NCBI GenBank assembly: GCA_036260935.1
Contig: DATALQ010000014.1
Span: 73,432 to 137,431, forward strand
Reading direction: 5' to 3'
DNA from: Clostridia bacterium
GTDB lineage: Bacteria; Bacillota; Clostridia; Acetivibrionales; DTU013
Length of the DNA stretch: 64,000 bases
The position numbers and the translations under genes are program-made. Positions 50,670-60,020 of this stretch are shown in pieces. Below the pieces are notes generated by a model. The model did not search any database, was not told where the DNA came from, and saw nothing but the letters and a program-made list of their open reading frames with translations. Positions within the stretch are counted from its first letter, which is position 1, and the number at the start of each line of letters is the position of its first letter.

Positions 50670-53525
50670 ATGGCGGCAAAAAGCGGTTTTGCGATCGCAG
50701 GGAACGGAGCGGCGTCTCAGATATACATAGATCCCAAAGGCCGGGATCACGAAGGCTTGGACCTCGTTGCAAGGTCATTTGCCAATGATGTGGAAATGGT
50801 CGCCGGAATAATGCCCGAAGTTGTAACCGATGCCGGCCGGCTCAATGGAACGGTATTGATTGCGGGATCCATAGGGAATAACGATCTGATAGACTCACTG
50901 ATTGCAAAAGGTAGAATAGATATTTCCGCTTTAAAAGACAAATGGGAAACGTTCCTGATACGCGTAGTTGAAAATCCCGTCCCCGGCGTGGAAAAGGCCG
51001 TTGTGGTAGTGGGAAGCGACAAGAGAGGCGCAGTCTACGGCATTTTTCACATATCGGAGTTGATAGGTGTGAGCCCATGGGTCTACTGGGGCGATGTTGC
51101 ACCGAAGAAGACACCCGTTATAAATATTTCTGAAAGCGATCTGAATTATACTTCAAAAGAGCCGTCGGTAAAATACAGGGGTATTTTTCTGAACGATGAG
51201 TGGCCGTCCCTTGGATCGTGGGTTATGAACAAGTTCGGAGATTTCAATGAAGAGTTTTACGATAAGGTATTTATACTGATCCTGAGACTCAAGGGTAATT
51301 TCATGTGGCCTGCCATGTGGAGAGCAATATTCAGTGAGGACGGGAAAAGCTGCAATATTGCAAATGCAAAGCTCGCCGACGCCTATGGCATAGTGATGGG
51401 GACTTCCCACCACGAACCGCTGTTCCGCTCGGGCGAGGAATGGCAAAAGATCTATAAAAATTACGGAATCAGCAACGAATGGAGCTTTTCCCACAACGGG
51501 AAGGCGATAACCAGGTTCTGGGAGAACGGGGTCAAACGAAACAGGGACTTCGAGAGCCTGATAACGCTGGGTATGAGAGGAGAACGCGATTCGGTGCTTG
51601 GTGGCAGCATCAGGGAGAATATCGATCTGCTTAAAAGTATCATTGTCACACAGAAGGAGCTGTTGAAAAAACACGGCCTTGCTGATGTTCCGCAGGTCCT
51701 TACGATATATAAGGAAGTTGAAAAGTTCTGGTACGGTACGGATGAGGCAGCAGGTCTCAGAGAGTGGGACGTACTCGACGACGTAACTATAATGTTGGCA
51801 GAAGATAATTTTGGCAATACTCGCACGCTGCCAACGGAGGCAGAAAGAAACCGTGAAGCAGGCTGGGGCATGTATTACCATTTTGATTATCACGGCGGTC
51901 CGGTGTCCTATGAGTGGATTAATACGACTCCTATCGAAAAGGTATGGGAACAGATGTCCATGGTTTACGATTACGGCGTCAGGAATGTCTGGGTCGTCAA
52001 CGTCGGAGATCTCAAGCCGCAGGAATTACCTATATCATACTTTTTGGACCTGGCCTACGATTTTGAGAAGTGGGGTACCGACGGGATTAACAAGACGAAG
52101 GAATATACAAGGAAATGGACAGAGCAGCAATTTGGAAATGCGGCGGACAAAGACGCTCTGGACGGTATCGCAAAGCTTCTGTCGGATTATACGAGGCTGA
52201 ACGGGAAACGCAGGCCGGAAGTCCTTTCTGCAGAGACTTATAGCTGCATCAATCATAACGAGGCGTGCAGGGTGCTCCAGCAGGCTATCGAGCTTGAGAA
52301 TGCGGCTAAAAAATATTATGATATGATGCCTGCGGAATACAGGGATGCATATTACCAGCTCGTTTACTATCCCGCGGCGGCTTCTGCCAACATAGTGAAA
52401 ATGCAGATATACGCGGGGTTCAACAAGCGGTACTATAAGCTTGGAAGCGTGCTGGCCAACAGATACGCGGTGTTGGTGGAAGATGCGATACAGGCCGACG
52501 AGGAAATGCAAAGCTATTACAACGACGTCATGAGCAGTGGGAAGTGGCAGGGGATCATGAGTTCCGCCCATATCGGCTATGTAAACTGGAACGCCGAAGG
52601 ATGGCATTACCCGGAAATCAGCTATATAAAGCCGGTAACCGGAGCATCCATGGTGGTAGACGTGGAAGGTACCGAAAAGGGTTATACCTCAGGCAAGGCA
52701 AAACTTCCTGTTTTTACGGACCTTCTGAAGGAAAGCCACAGCATAACGGTAAGCAATAAAGGGAACACAGGCTTTGATTATACGGCTGAAGCAGAGGCTG
52801 ACTGGATAAGGCTCAATAAATGCCGCGGACACGTAAGAAACGCAAAGACTATAAAGGTTTCCATTGACTGGGCTTCAGTCGGAAAATCGTCAAAAGGTAT
52901 AATCACAATAAAAGGCGCCGGACGGACCGTAAAAGTAGCGGTCACTGCGGAATTGGCCGATACTGGTAAGCTGCCTGAGATGACTTTCGTCGGAAAAGAA
53001 AACGTCATTTCGATAGAAGCCGGACATTTCTTCAACAGAGGCGATAAAAGCGAAGCAGCGTGGAAAGTGATCGAAAATTACGGCCGTTCGTTATCTTCGG
53101 TTAAAATGTATCCGACGACAGTATCGTTCAAAAAGGTGGAAGATGGGCCTTATCTGGATTACAGGGTTTTTGTCGGCACGGAAGCCGAGTATACGCTGAC
53201 GGCTTACTTTGCGCCTTCCAATAACCTCTCCAAGAGCAGCAGGCTCAGATACGGGATATCCTTCGACGGAGCAGCTCCGGTGATCGCTGATTCGCTACCT
53301 GGAGATTTTGTCGCAGGCGACTATAACAACTACCCCTGGTGTAAGGGAGTACTCGACAATATCCATATCGCGGCGACGTCGTACAAGTTGACGAAGGGAC
53401 TTCACGTCCTGCGTTTCCACGGCCTCGATGCAGGCCTGGTCCTGCAGAAGCTCGTTTTGTCAAAGGATCCGCTGCTGGTTTCCTACTTCGGGCCGGAAGA
53501 AAGCTATTATACAAAGAGTCTATGA
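50670..53525 (+). CDS. GH115 alpha-glucuronidase
   Basis: About 950 aa. The N-terminal FAIAGNG...IYID...GL..VARSFANDVE, YRGIFLNDEWPS and MGTSHHEPLFR blocks match my memory of GH115. I chose the ATG at 50670 (AAAGGAA upstream). Confidence 0.8.
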   Translation: MAAKSGFAIAGNGAASQIYIDPKGRDHEGLDLVARSFANDVEMVAGIMPEVVTDAGRLNGTVLIAGSIGNNDLIDSLIAKGRIDISALKDKWETFLIRVVENPVPGVEKAVVVVGSDKRGAVYGIFHISELIGVSPWVYWGDVAPKKTPVINISESDLNYTSKEPSVKYRGIFLNDEWPSLGSWVMNKFGDFNEEFYDKVFILILRLKGNFMWPAMWRAIFSEDGKSCNIANAKLADAYGIVMGTSHHEPLFRSGEEWQKIYKNYGISNEWSFSHNGKAITRFWENGVKRNRDFESLITLGMRGERDSVLGGSIRENIDLLKSIIVTQKELLKKHGLADVPQVLTIYKEVEKFWYGTDEAAGLREWDVLDDVTIMLAEDNFGNTRTLPTEAERNREAGWGMYYHFDYHGGPVSYEWINTTPIEKVWEQMSMVYDYGVRNVWVVNVGDLKPQELPISYFLDLAYDFEKWGTDGINKTKEYTRKWTEQQFGNAADKDALDGIAKLLSDYTRLNGKRRPEVLSAETYSCINHNEACRVLQQAIELENAAKKYYDMMPAEYRDAYYQLVYYPAAASANIVKMQIYAGFNKRYYKLGSVLANRYAVLVEDAIQADEEMQSYYNDVMSSGKWQGIMSSAHIGYVNWNAEGWHYPEISYIKPVTGASMVVDVEGTEKGYTSGKAKLPVFTDLLKESHSITVSNKGNTGFDYTAEAEADWIRLNKCRGHVRNAKTIKVSIDWASVGKSSKGIITIKGAGRTVKVAVTAELADTGKLPEMTFVGKENVISIEAGHFFNRGDKSEAAWKVIENYGRSLSSVKMYPTTVSFKKVEDGPYLDYRVFVGTEAEYTLTAYFAPSNNLSKSSRLRYGISFDGAAPVIADSLPGDFVAGDYNNYPWCKGVLDNIHIAATSYKLTKGLHVLRFHGLDAGLVLQKLVLSKDPLLVSYFGPEESYYTKSL

Positions 53526-53567
53526 TTTTTTAAGTGAGCCCAGTGTAAGGCGGGACGGTGGAAGCAA

Positions 53568-53608
53568 GGGGACGATTCTTTTGCTTCCTTCGTCCCCCTT
53601 TTTATTTT
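53568..53608 (+). terminator. Rho-independent terminator after the GH115 gene
   Basis: GGGGACG-N16-CGTCCCC followed by CTTTTTATTTT. Confidence 0.65.
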
Positions 53609-53717
53609 CATACATTTTTTGTTAACCGATTTTACTTATTTATTATCGTCAGATTATTTTAATTGAGATATAATAGTTTTCATTGCATAAAATAGGGCTG
53701 ACAAAACGGGGTAAGAG

Positions 53718-55085
53718 ATGATAAGAAAATGGTTCCAGTTGGACATGAAAGCGGATAAAGAAATAATTTCACTGGCCTGGCCGTCCATTACAGAACAGAT
53801 ACTTGAGATGATGGTCGGAATGGTCTCTACTATATTCATGGGCAGAATCGGCACTTATGCGGTTGCAGCCGTAGGTATGATCAATATGCTCATGGGGTTC
53901 ATGCAAACGGTTTTTTCAGGCTTGTCTATCGGTACTACCGTAGTTATTGCAAGGGTCACGGGAGAAGGCAGCAAGGAAGAAGCCAAAAGAGCATTGATAC
54001 AGTCTGGATATATGGCTATAGTTGTCGGAGTTCTCCTGGCGACCTTGGGCAGGGTTTTCTCAACTCAGCTGCTGGGATTGTTTTTCGGCGGAGCAGAAAA
54101 GGAAGTTTTCAACGCGGGGATCGGCTATTTCAATATAGTGCTTATAAACCTGCCGTTTCTCGTACTTGACATAATAGTATCGGGAGCGATGAGGGGAGCA
54201 GGGGATACGAAGACTCCTATGGTGATAACGGGCGGAGTCAATATTTTGAATATTATTTTGAATACGGCATTGATATTCGGCGTTCCAGCGCTTCATATAC
54301 CTGCGTTCGGCATCATTGGCTCGGCTATGGCTGTGACAGCCTCGAGAATAATTGGCGTGACAGTCAGGGTACTGGTTTTGTACAACCGAAAAGGGCTGAA
54401 GCTTAATCTGAGCCTCAAGGACGACTATACGATCAGGCCCGAAATGATGAAAAGGATTATCAACATTGGTGTCCCGGGCTTTATAGAACAGATGGTCATG
54501 CAGGGCGGTTTTCTAGTGCTTCAGATCATAATCGTCACGCTTGGAACAGTTTCAATGGCCGCATACCAGATTGGAATAAACATAAACGCTCTGGCTTTCT
54601 TTCCGATTTTCGGCTTTGCCATAGCCAATACTACCCTGGTCGGACAAAGCCTTGGGGAGAAGGACTATAAAAAGGCGGAAACATACGCATACGAAGGCTT
54701 GAAGATTACCATGGCGGTAGGCTTCGTTATAGGCATACTCATGGTTTTTTTCGCAAAACATCTTGCGGGCTGGTATTCAAACGATCCCCTTGTTATTAAG
54801 GAAGCGGTGGGTATAGTCTGTACTTTCGGTCTGATTGAACCGCTGCTGGCGATACTCAATCTATGCTCGGCTACCCTGAAGGCGGCAGGTGATATCAATT
54901 TTGTCATGGTAACTTCCTTTGTCGGTCTTTGGACTTTCAGGGTCGTTTTGTCCTACCTGCTCATAAGGGGGCTCGGAATAGGCCTGACAGCAGTTATGAT
55001 AGGCATTTTCTTCGATTTCAGTTCGAGATCGGCCATGTATCTCATCAGGATGAACAGGGGCAAATGGAAGTATCTTAAGGTTTGA
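53718..55085 (+). CDS. MATE family efflux transporter
   Basis: 455 aa with 12 TM segments. The N-terminal EIISLAWPSITEQILEMMVGMVSTIFMGRIG is typical of the MatE family. Confidence 0.9.
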   Translation: MIRKWFQLDMKADKEIISLAWPSITEQILEMMVGMVSTIFMGRIGTYAVAAVGMINMLMGFMQTVFSGLSIGTTVVIARVTGEGSKEEAKRALIQSGYMAIVVGVLLATLGRVFSTQLLGLFFGGAEKEVFNAGIGYFNIVLINLPFLVLDIIVSGAMRGAGDTKTPMVITGGVNILNIILNTALIFGVPALHIPAFGIIGSAMAVTASRIIGVTVRVLVLYNRKGLKLNLSLKDDYTIRPEMMKRIINIGVPGFIEQMVMQGGFLVLQIIIVTLGTVSMAAYQIGININALAFFPIFGFAIANTTLVGQSLGEKDYKKAETYAYEGLKITMAVGFVIGILMVFFAKHLAGWYSNDPLVIKEAVGIVCTFGLIEPLLAILNLCSATLKAAGDINFVMVTSFVGLWTFRVVLSYLLIRGLGIGLTAVMIGIFFDFSSRSAMYLIRMNRGKWKYLKV

Positions 55086-55204
55086 TGGTAACACAAATCA
55101 TTTTTTTGAATAAGATGATTTATGTAAACTGTACTTTAAAAGTAGGACAGCTTCAAACCTACAGGATAGTTTACATAATGAAAGCTGCGCTGAGGTGTAA
55201 AAAT

Positions 55205-55534
55205 ATGAGCATAAATGATATTTTGCCCAAACTGGTTGAAGCAATAAAATCAAGTCCTGAATTTACAGGACTGAAGCAGGCAAAGTCTACTATTTCCAAA
55301 ATGCCGGATCTGAAACGGGAGCTTGAAGAATTTAACCTGGGTCAAAAACAATTATATTCCGGAAAATTAACAAATAAGGAGGCCGAGTCGAGAGCTGTAC
55401 AGCTAAATACAAAATTTAAAGACTTGTCAAGGATACCTGAGGTAAATAAATATATGAATGCTGCAAAGAATTTTGATCAACTCATGATAAGAATTTATAA
55501 TGACATAAATGAGACTCTGGAAAAGAGCTTATAG
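55205..55534 (+). CDS. YlbF/YmcA-family (UPF0342) regulatory protein
   Basis: 109 aa helical protein (LVEAIKSSPEF..LKQAK..I...P.L...L.EF...Q). ATG at 55205 with GAGGTG upstream. The track's N-terminal extension lacks an RBS. Confidence 0.65.
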   Translation: MSINDILPKLVEAIKSSPEFTGLKQAKSTISKMPDLKRELEEFNLGQKQLYSGKLTNKEAESRAVQLNTKFKDLSRIPEVNKYMNAAKNFDQLMIRIYNDINETLEKSL

Positions 55535-55620
55535 TTAACATAATACACGAAAAGTGGTAACCGATTCTGAACCTAAACATAATATACTAATGTATTTTAG
55601 TACTATGAGGAGGGTTTAAA

Positions 55621-55926
55621 TTGGATCAGAATGGAATCTATGCCACTGCACAGCCGATAAGCAGCCCTGCTGCATATGGGTATTCCGGATATCCGAGCTT
55701 TTCAGACTATGGAATGCGCCAGGCTTATCCGGCCTATGGAGGATATCGGTACGTTCCGGGCGCTGACGGAGATCCGATGTCCGGTGTGGACCCGACGCCG
55801 TTCAGACAGCCATTCTTTTTTGGAGGAGGCAGGCCGTTCTTTTTTGGGTCCCCGTTTTTCCACCCGTTTTTCCATCCATTTTTCCATCCGTTTTTTAACC
55901 CGTTTTTCCCATTCTTCTTTTTCTAG
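55621..55926 (+). CDS. Small low-complexity protein: Tyr/Gly/Pro-rich N-terminus and a C-terminal PFFH repeat array
   Basis: TTG start with strong RBS GAGGAGGG 7 nt upstream. The C-terminus is PFFFGGGRPFFFGSPFFHPFFHPFFHPFFNPFFPFFFF. A terminator hairpin lies immediately downstream. Confidence 0.6.
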   Translation: MDQNGIYATAQPISSPAAYGYSGYPSFSDYGMRQAYPAYGGYRYVPGADGDPMSGVDPTPFRQPFFFGGGRPFFFGSPFFHPFFHPFFHPFFNPFFPFFFF

Positions 55927-55937
55927 GAGGAATTCAA

Positions 55938-55966
55938 GTGTTGCCGGGGTAATTATCCGGCAGCAC
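55938..55966. terminator. Bidirectional terminator hairpin between convergent genes
   Basis: GTGTTGCCGG-N9-CCGGCAGCAC (10 bp, one G-U pair), followed by a T-rich tract. Confidence 0.55.
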
Positions 55967-55987
55967 ATCTACATATTTTATTTGTTT

Positions 55988-56773
55988 TCAAATGTAGCTA
56001 TTGACAATCACGCCGAAAAGTCCCCAGGCGGTCCCGAGCGCAGCGCCTCCCATAACATCCCGCGGATAATGCATGCCAACGTAGATACGTGTTACGCCAA
56101 CCAGTAAAGCGACCCCGTAAAGTATCAGCCAGCCGGAAAGGTTAAATTGATGATAGTGCGAGATCAATGCTGCCAGGAAAAAAATCTGGCTGGTGTGACC
56201 GCTGGGAAACGAATGCCCTCCGGCCCTCGAACCGACGATTCTTGCGTCTGCAAGCTTTATATATGGGCGTGTCCGGCAGATGACTACTTTCAGGAATTCG
56301 ACCACGAGCCATAGCGACAGACTCCCTATTACGATCTCGTAAGCTAATAAATGGTTGACTTTCAGGAAGAAGATTACTGCCAGCCCCATAGCAAAAATGC
56401 CGCTCCCAATCTGCGTAATACCGAGCATGGTCCAATCCATCCAGCGCGTATGCAAACCGTGCAGGTTGAATACCTTGAAAGCCCATACGTCGATGCTCTG
56501 ACCGGTTTTCCATACAAGCGAGACACCTACAAGGCAGAAAACCAATACAAGAGTGATCAGATGTTTTTGAGCCTTCAAACGGATCCAGAAATGCTCCCAA
56601 AGGTAGGAGGGCATAAAGACCAGGGCTAATGTAAGAAGGATGCTCAGGCCGATTATCCAGTAAACGATGCTTATGCGTCTGAACCATTCCGCCGTCCTTA
56701 AACATTTCGCCTTTATTTTATGTACCGGCCTGTGATTTATCTTGCTACTATTTTCTTTATCCTTATTTTGCAT
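55988..56773 (-). CDS. PAP2-family lipid phosphatase (undecaprenyl-diphosphatase-like)
   Basis: The three PAP2 motifs are present: KVVICRTRP, PSGHT, RIYVGMHYPRDV. I chose the ATG at 56773; 56794 is an alternative. It overlaps the end of the upstream kinase gene. Confidence 0.85.
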   Translation of the reverse strand: MQNKDKENSSKINHRPVHKIKAKCLRTAEWFRRISIVYWIIGLSILLTLALVFMPSYLWEHFWIRLKAQKHLITLVLVFCLVGVSLVWKTGQSIDVWAFKVFNLHGLHTRWMDWTMLGITQIGSGIFAMGLAVIFFLKVNHLLAYEIVIGSLSLWLVVEFLKVVICRTRPYIKLADARIVGSRAGGHSFPSGHTSQIFFLAALISHYHQFNLSGWLILYGVALLVGVTRIYVGMHYPRDVMGGAALGTAWGLFGVIVNSYI

Positions 56774-57749
56774 GGCTTTCACCCGTATTCGCATTTATAC
56801 CGGTTGCAGCGGGCAATATCACAGATAAGGCCTGATGCTGCATTTCAATTTGAACCGGACCCTCTCCGAGCTGGATTCCATCCGCCATAACAGCCATGGC
56901 AGGATGTGCTTCGATATTTATTCTGCTCACATGATAATTTCTGATTCGTGAGTCGTTTTCAACGTTCATTCCCGGTACCTTCAGCATATAACCGATAAGC
57001 AGGTCAAGCTTGGAAATATCGGAACAGAAGAGGACATCGAATAAGCCGTCCCTGAAACAATCCGGCGTCCCGACATGAAAGTGGCGGCCTACGTACGGCA
57101 TATTCGAAACAAGGAGCACATGGCCCGTATTTATGATTTCCTCATTTTCATCCAGCAGAATACGAATTTCGGAGGGAGGGGAGGCGGTCAGGGTCGCCAG
57201 AAATTCACCTACACGGGCAAGGTTGCCGTGCTGTATGTCGTCTCCTGCTTCGAAAAGTGCTGAAAAAAGCCCGACTGAGCAAATTTCAAGAAAAGGCATG
57301 CTTTTACCGCTGCAGGAAGCTATCCCCATATCTATTTTATGCCGCCTTCCTGTTCGCAATATATCGATCGCAGCGGGGATATCCGCCGGGATTCCGAGAC
57401 CGAGCGCTACGTTATTCTGCGTACCTGTAGGGATTATGCCGAGGGTGGCTTTCAAATCCTTCATTGCTCTGGCTACGGCAGATACGGTACCATCCCCTCC
57501 ACACACTACAAAAGTACGGAAGCCGTGTACGACGGCATCCCGTACTACGCTTTCCAGATCCGAATCTGGTTCGGTAAGGTAGGGCTCGGCTACAAAATGC
57601 CGGGCCTGCAATTCTTTTATTACATTCATTAGCTGCAGCGGTGATTCGCGATTTGCACCGGAAGCAGGATTGAATATCAGCTTGACACGCTTTCTAACAT
57701 ATCGGGGATATCCTTGTTTTTTCATAGTATTATTGTTTCTGCTCAGCAT
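56763..57749 (-). CDS. Diacylglycerol/lipid kinase (DagK/YegS family)
   Basis: KLIFNPASG, the catalytic domain VVCGGDGTV, and IIPTGTQNN. The start could alternatively be 57725. Confidence 0.85.
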   Translation of the reverse strand: MLSRNNNTMKKQGYPRYVRKRVKLIFNPASGANRESPLQLMNVIKELQARHFVAEPYLTEPDSDLESVVRDAVVHGFRTFVVCGGDGTVSAVARAMKDLKATLGIIPTGTQNNVALGLGIPADIPAAIDILRTGRRHKIDMGIASCSGKSMPFLEICSVGLFSALFEAGDDIQHGNLARVGEFLATLTASPPSEIRILLDENEEIINTGHVLLVSNMPYVGRHFHVGTPDCFRDGLFDVLFCSDISKLDLLIGYMLKVPGMNVENDSRIRNYHVSRINIEAHPAMAVMADGIQLGEGPVQIEMQHQALSVILPAATGINANTGESHAK

Positions 57750-57806
57750 CGTATTTTATCCGTATTATTTTATTATCCTGCAATTCTCATAACCCATACT
57801 TTTATG

Positions 57807-57837
57807 TTTCCAAGCTATTTCCAAGCTATTTCCAAGC
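57807..57837. repeat. 11-bp tandem repeat (about 2.8 copies) in a divergent promoter region
   Basis: TTTCCAAGCTA TTTCCAAGCTA TTTCCAAGC. Confidence 0.9.
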
Positions 57838-57933
57838 GAAAAGATTTCATATGGAGAGGTCTATTGAAAAATAATGTTTGTATGGGTTATTATTATAGAA
57901 GTCTTGGAAATAACATAAGAAAGCGTGATCAAA

Positions 57934-58524
57934 ATGAACAACGGGAAACCGTCCAGAGAGTATGCATATGATGTTTTGAAAAAGTACAACAAAAGCGATA
58001 GCCTGATAAAGCATGCGCTGTCAGTTGAAGCTGTGATGAAGCACTTTGCCGGGCTGTTGAACGAGGATGATCCTGAGAAATGGGGTATCGTAGGCCTGCT
58101 TCACGATGTGGATTATGAAATGTACCCGGATCAGCATTGTGCCAAAGCCATCGATATACTTCGGGAGAATGGGTTCACCGATGACTATATACATGCGGTG
58201 GTCAGCCATGGCTTTGGGATATGCAACGATGTGGAGCCTACGGCACGCATGGAAAAGGTGCTGTATACGATAGACGAGCTTACGGGGCTGGTCACTGCTA
58301 CAGCTTTAATGAGGCCAAGCCGGAGTGTCCTCGATACCGAGACTAAGTCTGTAATGAAAAAGTGGAAACAAAAAAACTTTGCGGCCGGTGTCAATCGGGA
58401 GATAATCGAAGAGGGGGCAAAAATGCTCGGGATGGAGCTCGGATTCATTGTTGAGGAGACGATAAACGGAATGCGGAAGGCTGCCGAAAGCATCGGGCTG
58501 AAGGGCGAGCCGGCAGGACAATAA
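57934..58524 (+). CDS. HD-domain metal-dependent phosphohydrolase
   Basis: KHALSVEAVM...GLLHDVDYE...HC motif set. ATG at 57934 (GTG 57925 is an alternative). Confidence 0.8.
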   Translation: MNNGKPSREYAYDVLKKYNKSDSLIKHALSVEAVMKHFAGLLNEDDPEKWGIVGLLHDVDYEMYPDQHCAKAIDILRENGFTDDYIHAVVSHGFGICNDVEPTARMEKVLYTIDELTGLVTATALMRPSRSVLDTETKSVMKKWKQKNFAAGVNREIIEEGAKMLGMELGFIVEETINGMRKAAESIGLKGEPAGQ

Positions 58525-58545
58525 ATAATTTATACGGGATAATTG

Positions 58546-59988
58546 ATGGATACAAGAAAACGCAATATTACAATAGCAATAGCAGTAGCCATGTTCCTGG
58601 GTGCTGTGGAAGGCACGGTAGTAACTACTGCCATGCCGACAATAGTCAAGGAACTGAGCGGCTTTGAACTCATAAGCTGGGTTTTTTCCATATATCTTTT
58701 GACGTCTGCCGTTTCCATTCCTATTTGCGGAAAGCTCTGCGACCTATATGGAAGGAAGCACATACTTACCATCGGTATCGTGATATTTTTGGCAGGCAGT
58801 ACCATGTGCGGCCTGTCGGCAAGCATGTATGAACTGATAGCTTTCCGCGCACTACAAGGGATAGGTGCCGGGGCGATATTTACAGTGACGTTCACCATAG
58901 TGGGCGACGTTTTCGAGCTTGAGGAGCGTGCAAAGGTACAGGGGTGGATGAACTCCACCTGGGGGGTCGCAAGCCTCGTCGGGCCTTTCGTCGGCGGCTT
59001 TCTGATCGATAATGTTTCGTGGCACTGGATCTTTTTTATTAACATACCTTTTGGGGTATTGTCGATAATACTGCTGCAGAGGAATCTAAGCGAAGACTTT
59101 GCACGGGAGAGGCACAGGATCGATATGGCTGGCGCCGCGCTATTGTCGGCAGCCATAATAGCGCTTTTATACGGATTTCTGCTGTTTGGTGAGAATGATC
59201 TGGCCACAGCAGCATGTCTGGCTGTCTCGGCAGGTTTTCTGGCTGTTTTCTATTTAGTTGAAAAAAGAGCGCGTGAACCGATAGTACCTTTTGACATTTT
59301 TACAAGGACGAGTACTATTGTCAATGTAATAAGCTTTCTGGCTTCGGCAGTGTTGATCGCCATCAATGTTTACATGCCCTTGTACATACAGAATGTATTG
59401 GGCTTAAGCGCTACAGTGTCGGGCCTGACCATGGCTCCCATGTCCGTTACCTGGCTGTTGGGCTCAGTGTATGCGGGGAAGGCCATTCCGAGGTTTGGAG
59501 AAAAGGCGGTAATAGCGGTTTCGTCGCTGGTGATCGCAGCGGGCTGCCTGCTGATGCCTACGCTTGGACTGAATTCTCCGTTTTATCTGGTCATCGTTTA
59601 CACGTCGTTTTTAGGGTGTGGCTTTGGCGTTGGTTTTACGACGCTGACCATAGTCGTGTTGATGTCGGTGGACTACGGTAAGCGCGGGGCGGCCACAGCC
59701 GCTAATTCTTTGGTCAGAACGCTGGGACAGACAATAGGGATAAGTATTTTCGGAAGCATTTTCAATCTCGAGATAGTAAAATACCTGACCAGTGTAGGTA
59801 TTAAAGGAATAGACGCCGGAAACCTGTATTCCTCCACGAGTATCAACAACGCGGCGTATCTGGCTCAGGTCAGATTATCCCAGGTTTCGGGGCTTCATAT
59901 AATTTATGCCGCGATGATTCTGATTGCGCTGGTCAGCTTGATCTTATCCTTCCTTTTGCCCAAAGGCCAAACTGTTGAACCCGGGTAA
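58546..59988 (+). CDS. MFS transporter, 14-TM drug:H+ antiporter (DHA2/EmrB-like)
   Basis: 480 aa. GKLCDLYGRK (MFS motif A) and ALQGIGAGA are present, with about 14 hydrophobic segments. Confidence 0.85.
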   Translation: MDTRKRNITIAIAVAMFLGAVEGTVVTTAMPTIVKELSGFELISWVFSIYLLTSAVSIPICGKLCDLYGRKHILTIGIVIFLAGSTMCGLSASMYELIAFRALQGIGAGAIFTVTFTIVGDVFELEERAKVQGWMNSTWGVASLVGPFVGGFLIDNVSWHWIFFINIPFGVLSIILLQRNLSEDFARERHRIDMAGAALLSAAIIALLYGFLLFGENDLATAACLAVSAGFLAVFYLVEKRAREPIVPFDIFTRTSTIVNVISFLASAVLIAINVYMPLYIQNVLGLSATVSGLTMAPMSVTWLLGSVYAGKAIPRFGEKAVIAVSSLVIAAGCLLMPTLGLNSPFYLVIVYTSFLGCGFGVGFTTLTIVVLMSVDYGKRGAATAANSLVRTLGQTIGISIFGSIFNLEIVKYLTSVGIKGIDAGNLYSSTSINNAAYLAQVRLSQVSGLHIIYAAMILIALVSLILSFLLPKGQTVEPG

Positions 59989-60020
59989 GGGGTATACTTT
60001 GGCCCATTGCCATATGATTC

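Noticed and set aside
53551-53608. Mutually exclusive hairpins (GGAAGCAA...TTGCTTCC versus GGGGACG...CGTCCCC) that might form a riboswitch or attenuator.
   Set aside because: They lie downstream of the GH115 stop and upstream of a 110-nt gap before the MATE gene. There is no conserved riboswitch core that I recognise. The simplest reading is an ordinary terminator with a nested stem.
55082-55204. A 41-codon N-terminal extension of the YlbF-like ORF that overlaps the MATE stop.
   Set aside because: The extension has no RBS and a hydrophobic, junk-like translation. The internal ATG at 55205 has a GAGGTG RBS and gives the family-typical length of about 110 aa.
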